A stretch of DNA of 63,201 bases, filler included, from Craspedostauros australis (lineage: Eukaryota): NCBI GenBank assembly GCA_030167865.1. It is 10 parts of 10 records of this genome, joined end to end, with 100 filler letters (N's around TTAATTAATTAA, not from the genome) between each part and the next. Parts side by side here need not be neighbours in the genome. Positions count along the whole stretch, not along the records: positions 57,156 to 59,637 come from JALAGF010004657.1; positions 59,738 to 61,838 come from JALAGF010004659.1; positions 61,939 to 63,201 come from JALAGF010004660.1; 7 more parts are not named here. One strand, 5' to 3'. The notes under the pieces are model-generated. The model did not search any database. It was not told the origin of the DNA and was given only the letters and a program-made list of their open reading frames with translations. A program made the translations under genes and the position numbers. Positions 57,156 through 63,201 of this stretch are shown piece by piece; position 1 is the first letter of the stretch, and the number at the start of each line of letters is the position of its first letter.

Positions 57156-59637
57156 GGACTCGTGTGATTTCGCTGTGTACAATAACAAGATAACAGATTA
57201 ACAGTCGCAAGCACTACGTCCTGACCTGACTGCGTGAAAACACCTCCAACCCACCGAGCTGATCACATCAGCAACGAACCAACTGCATCACGTGACGACG
57301 TGAAGCAGGAACCGAACAAGAACAAGAGCCTTCCAAGGCAGCGCACATGAACACACCGAGCACAGCGTATCCGCTTCTCCGTGACGAACCGAACAAACGA
57401 ANNNNNNNNNNNNNNNNNNNNNNNNNNNNNNNNNNNNNNNNNNNNNNNNNNNNNNNNNNNNNNNNNNNNNNNNNNNNNNNNNNNNNNNNNNNNNNNNNNN
57501 NNNNNNNNNNNNNNNGACGACTCCGACCATCGCCGCGTTATCATCGACGCAGCGGTGGAGAACGTTGACGACCTCACCTTCCTCACCAAGGAAGACCTTG
57601 ACAGTCTTCATCGCGACATCACTCCCACCGCGGGAGACCCGTACTCATGCCGATTGACTGCGTTGCACATTCGCAAGATCCTCGCACTCCCAATGTGGTA
57701 TGACGCGCAAGCTGGCGACGGCGACTCCGTCTGGCTTGACCTGAACGCTGCGAGGCTCCAGACCTTCATGAGAGCTGAACTCAAGAAGCGCGTGGATGCC
57801 TCCATGCCGACACCCGAACCCACCATGTCGTCCTTGGTGACACCACCACCACCTCCTGAACCTGTCTCTGACGGAGCCGCTGCCTTTGACAAGGGCATCA
57901 AGCGGAACCTCAGCGACTACCCGATCCTGAAGAGCGATGACCAGTTCATGATCTTCGACCGACGTCTCCGAGCCACCGCTGCAGCGCACGGTGTGAAGAA
58001 CGTCGTNNNNNNNNNNNNNNNNNNNNNNNNNNNNNNNNNNNNNNNNNNNNNNNNNNNNNNNNNNNNNNNNNNNNNNNNNNNNNNNNNNNNNNNNNNNNNN
58101 NNNNNNNNNNNNNNNNNNNNNNNNNNNNNNNCCGATGACGAGAACGGTCATGGGGTGTATACCATGCTCCGTGAAGAGTATGCAACCGGAGTAGCTGCAG
58201 CCAACAAGGCCCAGCTGATCCAAGAGGAGATCCGGAACCTCAAGCTGAATCACTCCTGGAACAGCAGCCGCGAAGCCTTCGTGAACAGCTGGCTCAGCAA
58301 GATCAACGACCTCGAGGAAATCCAGGATGCACCTGTCTCTGAGGACTGGAAGCTCCAGTGGCTCAAGGAGGCCATCACTCCTGATGCCGATCTCTTCCGT
58401 TCCCTTGACGACGCCGATGCTCTCCAGAGCAACTTGGCGTTGGCAACAGGAAAGACCGACTTCAGGCTGGACTTCGATGCCTTCCTTGGTGTTGTGCGCA
58501 GATCTGCACAACGCAACGATCTCCGCGTCCCACGCAACAAGACCAAGCGCAGAGTCAACAACACAAGCAAGGACGCAAGCAACAACGAGAACAAGACCAA
58601 CCAGTCCAAGAACAAGGGCACGAACAAGCGAATCCCAGACAACGAATGGAAGCAAATGACATGGGATCAGAAGAAGGCCCACATGCAGTCCAAGGGTACT
58701 TGGGACCCCAAGTACACCAGGGATGCATCGAACAGACAGGCCAACAAGACATCCACCACTGGCAATGGGGGTGGTGGGCAAATCAAGTCCGCCTCGACCT
58801 CCGGCAGCGCCGGTTCTGACGAACTCCCCGGCAATGCCATCAAGCGCATGCTGGCCAATGCCACGACCAACACCAACACTTCCGACGAAGTCATCATCCA
58901 GGGCAAGATCTACCGTGCTGTTCAGGCCACAGTCCTGCAATACAGCTTCAACAAGACCGATGTTGCGAAATCCGGTTCCCTGATCGACAGCGGAGCGAAT
59001 GGAGGATTGGCAGGCGATGATGTGACAATCATCAGCCGTACCAACCATACCGCCGACATCAGCGGAATTGGAGACACCGCAATCGTCAACCTGGACATCG
59101 GAACGGTTGCTGGACTCGTCATGTCCACCGAGGGACCTATCATCGCGAAGTTTCATCAATACGCTCTCTACGGTAAGGGCAAGACGATTCACTCGACGAA
59201 TCAGCTCGGTGCATTCGGTCTCGATGTCAACGAGCGTCCTCGCGAACTCCCTGGAGGGAGACAGACAATCATCGTGCCTGATGGGCATGTGATCCCTCTC
59301 TCCATCCGACAGGGCCTGTCCTACATGGACATGAGGCCTCCCACACGCAAGGAGATTGACACGTACCCTCACGTGGATTTCACTGCCGACGAAGAGTGGG
59401 ACCCGTCCACTCTCGACCACGAGTTCACTTTGCCGAACGAGATCTCTGATGGTGTCCCAGACGAAGGCGTCCGCTCACCGGACTCCATCGAAGTGTTCAC
59501 CAGTGAGACCGGTGCCCCAAACCAGGGCACTATCACTTGTGCGAAGCCAACGGTCGACTATGAGGCCCTCCGTCCGTACTTCGGATGGATCCCGGCCAGA
59601 AGAGTCCAAGACACTCTCAAGTGCACGTCCCAATGGT
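57156..59637 (+). mobile_element. CoDi-type Copia 5' part: LTR end (to 57195), PBS (57196-57216), gag and protease; same family as 44696-46643
   Basis: FDKGIKRNLSDYPILK (gag), SLIDSGANGGLAG (protease), HQYALYGKGKTIHS and GLSYMDMRPPT. The last 344 nt are near-identical to the reverse complement of 46300-46643. Confidence 0.92.
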
Positions 59638-60171
59638 NNNNNNNNNNNNNNNNNNNNNNNNNNNNNNNNNNNNNNNNNNNNTTAATTAATTAANNNNNNN
59701 NNNNNNNNNNNNNNNNNNNNNNNNNNNNNNNNNNNNNGTTCGTGGCATCGATGGAATCGCGAGTCTCTTCCGGTTGCGGTGGTGTGGTGGTTGCCTGCTG
59801 TGTGTTGTTCGTCGGCCCCTTATGTGCTGTTGAAGTTGGTGCTCTCGGCTCGTGATTCGAAATTTGTCGTGTCGGCGACTTCAAACACACCAACACCTGT
59901 ATTTGAATCCAATGNNNNNNNNNNNNNNNNNNNNNNNNNNNNNNNNNNNNNNNNNNNNNNNNNNNNNNNNNNNNNNNNNNNNNNNNNNNNNNNNNNNNNN
60001 NNNNNNNNNNNNNNNNNNNNNNNNNNNNNNNNNNNNNNNNNNNNNNNNNNNNNNNNNNNNNNNNNNNNNNNNNNNNNNNNNNNNNNNNNNNNNNNNNNNN
60101 NNNNNNNNNNNNNATCGCACACATTCTGATCATCCCCCTCCCAACATCTCCGCAACACGAACAACATCAAC

Positions 60172-61838
60172 ATGAGGATCACTCTCGGAGCCAAGGTCGC
60201 TTGCAGATGTGGGCCTCGTCGGTCCAACGCACCTCGCAAAAAGCATGGCTACATCGTGGGACGTACGATCAAGGTTCTTCCCAAACACAACTGGATCATC
60301 CATTGGGAATCCTTGGGTGTTGTATGCCAACACAGTTCCCAAACCCTCATTCGCCTGGAAGGCGATGAAAGTCCACTTCCTGACACCAAGGTCAAAGAAT
60401 ACATTCAAACCATCTTCGTTGGAAAAGGAGTTGCGGCATTGGATGCTTTTGCGAAGAGCCACAGATTCCTCCCGCCACCAGATGCGATCACTGGACCGGC
60501 GGATGCACCTGCAGTCAGGCAAGACTTGGGTGTTGGGACGAACTCTCCATCCAGCAACATTCTCCCGAGCAACAATCCGGCTGCGACTTCTCTACCACTG
60601 AACTCTCCTCCCATCAACATTCACCTGACCAACGTTCCGGCCGCAACTTCCCAACCAACAAACTCTTCGCACATGCCCCCAACCAACAAAGTCAGTATTG
60701 ACAGCGGATCCGAAGAGCCGGAGGATGACGCATCTATGGATTGCAACATTGACAAGAACTTTGACAACGACGTGTTGAATTATGCGATTGAGATGGAGGA
60801 ACAAATCCTCCACTATGAACCACATCATGCAGAGAAGGCCACACTGATCTCCGACAACACCTCCATCAGCATGGGATCTCGAGCCGATGTAATGACATGG
60901 AAGGTTGTACCAGATGACCACATTGGCAGCCCCAAAGATGGATCTTCACGGGAGTGGGTGGGGGTTGCAAACTTTGACTTCACCAACCTAACCGTTGCGG
61001 GCAGGGGCAGGGACAGCAGGTACCAACGTATCAACATGCTGCATCTTCTACAGCACATGTGGCCTGGTGACTCGAAGGCCCAGGTTGACAAGCTCAATCA
61101 AAGGATCATCACGAGGCAACTTCCCACAAGAATATCGGAGGATCAGATTGACAATCACCTCATATCTCATCATGAGTTTTGGGTGTTCTTTGGATTGCTC
61201 CTTCTGGGCACTATTGAAGGCACATCCTGCCTGTGGGACGACAGAGACACTGAAGGATTCAAACAGCCAATGGACGTCACCAACCACATGAAGAATTATC
61301 GGTTTCGTGCCATCCGAGAATCACTGATCCCACACATCTTCGCGGATGCATCCAAGCAATTCTCGGATCCATGGTGGCAAATTCAACCAGGTGTGGATGC
61401 TTTCAACGCGAAGCGGGCGGAGATCATGTGCGCGAGCACACTGAAGGTGATGGATGAATCCATGAGTGCCTTCAAGACACGAACAACCAAGAATGGGAAC
61501 CTTCCTCACCTATCCTTCGTCCNCCGCAAACCTGAGCCGCTGGGNGTGGAATTCAAGACNNTNGCCNATGGAGAGACAGGGATCATGCTGTTCTTGGAGA
61601 TCCAATGGGGCAAGGAGGGCATGGAGGGCGCGGCCTTCCTCGACAGGGTGAAGGGCAAGAATGCCGCATGCACCCTTCGCATGGCAGCAGCAACCAACAT
61701 CTGTACCGATCCTTCGAAATCTTTGGATGATCCGCAGTTCAACCAGGGCAAGATCATCTTCCTGGGAGACTCGTGGTTCGCGTCTGTGGAGGCCACCAAG
61801 GCGCTTGAAACAGAGCTGGGTGCGAAGTTCATCGGCAT
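60172..61838 (+). mobile_element. piggyBac-like (DDE_Tnp_1_7, PGBD-type) transposase, 3'-truncated
   Basis: EFWVFFGLLL, MKNYRFRAIR, DPWWQI..F, VMDESMSAF, LPHLSFV.RKPEPL.VEFK, GIMLFLEIQ.GK and GDSWFASV. Confidence 0.88.
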
Positions 61839-61939
61839 NNNNNNNNNNNNNNNNNNNNNNNNNNNNNNNNNNNNNNNNNNNNTTAATTAATTAANNNNNN
61901 NNNNNNNNNNNNNNNNNNNNNNNNNNNNNNNNNNNNNNT

Positions 61940-63201
61940 CGCTTCTTGCGTGAAGAGATCGACCGCGCATGTGAGGGAAGCAGAATGGACGCATGGTGCC
62001 CACTCTGTCTCACTCGCGGAGCAATGTACTCATGGTGCACGGATTGCACCGAGTATAATCCATTCAAGATCCGCACCCTCTGGGGAGATGACACTTTCCC
62101 ACCGAGCACTGAAGCCGAGATTGCTCGCCGCCGCGAGATCCTTGGTCGATTCGGATCAGTGGAGGACGCCTTAAGGGTCTCCCTATCCAACGTATTGGAG
62201 GCGAACGATGTGCGCTTCAATGTGGCGCTTCTATGCTACGACGTAAGAAAGGCGACCATCGAGACAGGAGCACAGTGTATGGGCGCTCGTGAGCTCTACT
62301 ACATGCTCACGCAAATCGGCATCAACGGAATGTTCGATGTGTCATGCAAGCTCGTGATGATTAATGAGCTACTCGAAGAAAGGCAACTCCCACTCCTCCC
62401 AAATCACCTGATCGCAAGAATGAGCAAAATGTCAGCTCAGCGACTCATGTGGATGTACAACTGGGAAGATACTGAAGTCCGAAATGGATTGGAGTGTCGC
62501 GAATTGCCAAAGAAGGGACCCCGTGTGGGGAGTCCGCAATACCGACTGGAGATGGCGGACCACATCGCGATGGCTACTCGAGGCTATGACTTGGCCATGG
62601 TGGTCGGGGACCTCGAGGCGAGAAGCAGCAGCCGCAAGCTCATCGCGCCAGACCAGCATGAAGCAAACACATGGTTGGGTGACACTGGTGCATCATGCCA
62701 CCTCACGAATAACGACGAGGGCATGACTAACGTACGTCTCTCTAATTTCTCGGTGAAGGTCGGAAGCGGTAAATTCTTGCGTGCCACCAAGGTCGGAGAT
62801 TTACGCATGAAAGTGTTGCAGAAGGACGGCAAGAACGCCATCATCATCCTGAAGGGAGTGAGGTACGTGCCGAAGCTTTGGGTGAATCTCCTCAGCATCG
62901 GTAAAGCACTCCAGAATGGGTTCGACATCAGTAACAAAGGTGTCATCATCGCATTGGAGAAGNNNGGACAGCGCATCCGGTTTGACCGGATCATGGCAAC
63001 GCACAGTGGCTTTGTGTTGGGTGTGAACATGGTTCCAGTCCCCAAAGACGAAGAGATGGCGAACATCGGATTCGACACAAAGAAGCCCATGGATGTGAAT
63101 AAGTTGCATAAGATGCTAGGCCACGTTGACTCTTACACGATCTCCAGGACGGCGAGACACTATGGATGGAACGTCACAGGAACGCTCAATCCCTGCGAGG
63201 A
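61940..63201 (+). mobile_element. Canonical-type Ty1/Copia polyprotein fragment: protease and GAG-pre-integrase
   Basis: Open frame 61940 to the window end (absent from the ORF track because there is no stop). TWLGDTGASCHLTN, VKVGSG, VRYVPKLWVNLLSIG and LHKMLGH...PCE. Confidence 0.88.

Noticed and set aside
57196..57216. tRNA-Asn gene on the minus strand (also 42730-42750)
   Set aside because: Only positions ~20-40 are present, with no acceptor stem or T-arm; better explained as a PBS.
20018..61938. Recurrent TTAATTAATTAA palindrome flanked by Ns as a biological repeat or piggyBac TTAA site
   Set aside because: Identical 100-nt construct with stops in all six frames; an assembly spacer. Adjacency across it carries no meaning, so the apparent 'transposon island' at 42283-63201 is not a real locus.

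Overview
Eukaryotic DNA, almost certainly a diatom: it has a silicon transporter, ASAF-type bipartite plastid presequences, a DUF6824 protein, an RxL pro-peptide and CoDi-type Copia elements. The window is not one locus. Ten contigs are joined by nine identical 100-nt spacers (44 N + TTAATTAATTAA + 44 N). Contig 1 (1-20017) holds an ankyrin-repeat gene, a frameshifted sulfotransferase-like gene, plastid ferredoxin-sulfite reductase, NAA10, a GT60-like GlcNAc transferase, a plastid MATE transporter, a Cys-rich surface protein and GPR89. Contig 2 (20118-42182) holds a DUF6824 protein, an RxL single-pass membrane protein, a second Cys-rich surface protein, a coiled-coil protein, a core-1-like GT31, two duplicated ankyrin-(stop)-BTB genes and a SIT. 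The rest (42283-63201) is short repeat contigs: several Ty1/Copia lineages, two intron-containing PIF/Harbinger-type transposases and a piggyBac-like transposase. The best novelty candidates are: (1) a ~190-nt structured island in the long sulfite reductase intron, with two mutually exclusive helices next to a cryptic GTAAGC donor (riboswitch/poison-exon-like); (2) Copia primer-binding sites complementary to the 5' half of tRNA-Asn; (3) a shared TGA between the ankyrin and BTB domains of both duplicated genes; (4) unexplained extra domains inside three Copia polyproteins. All base-pairings, splice sites and family assignments were made by eye; no searches or folding programs were run.
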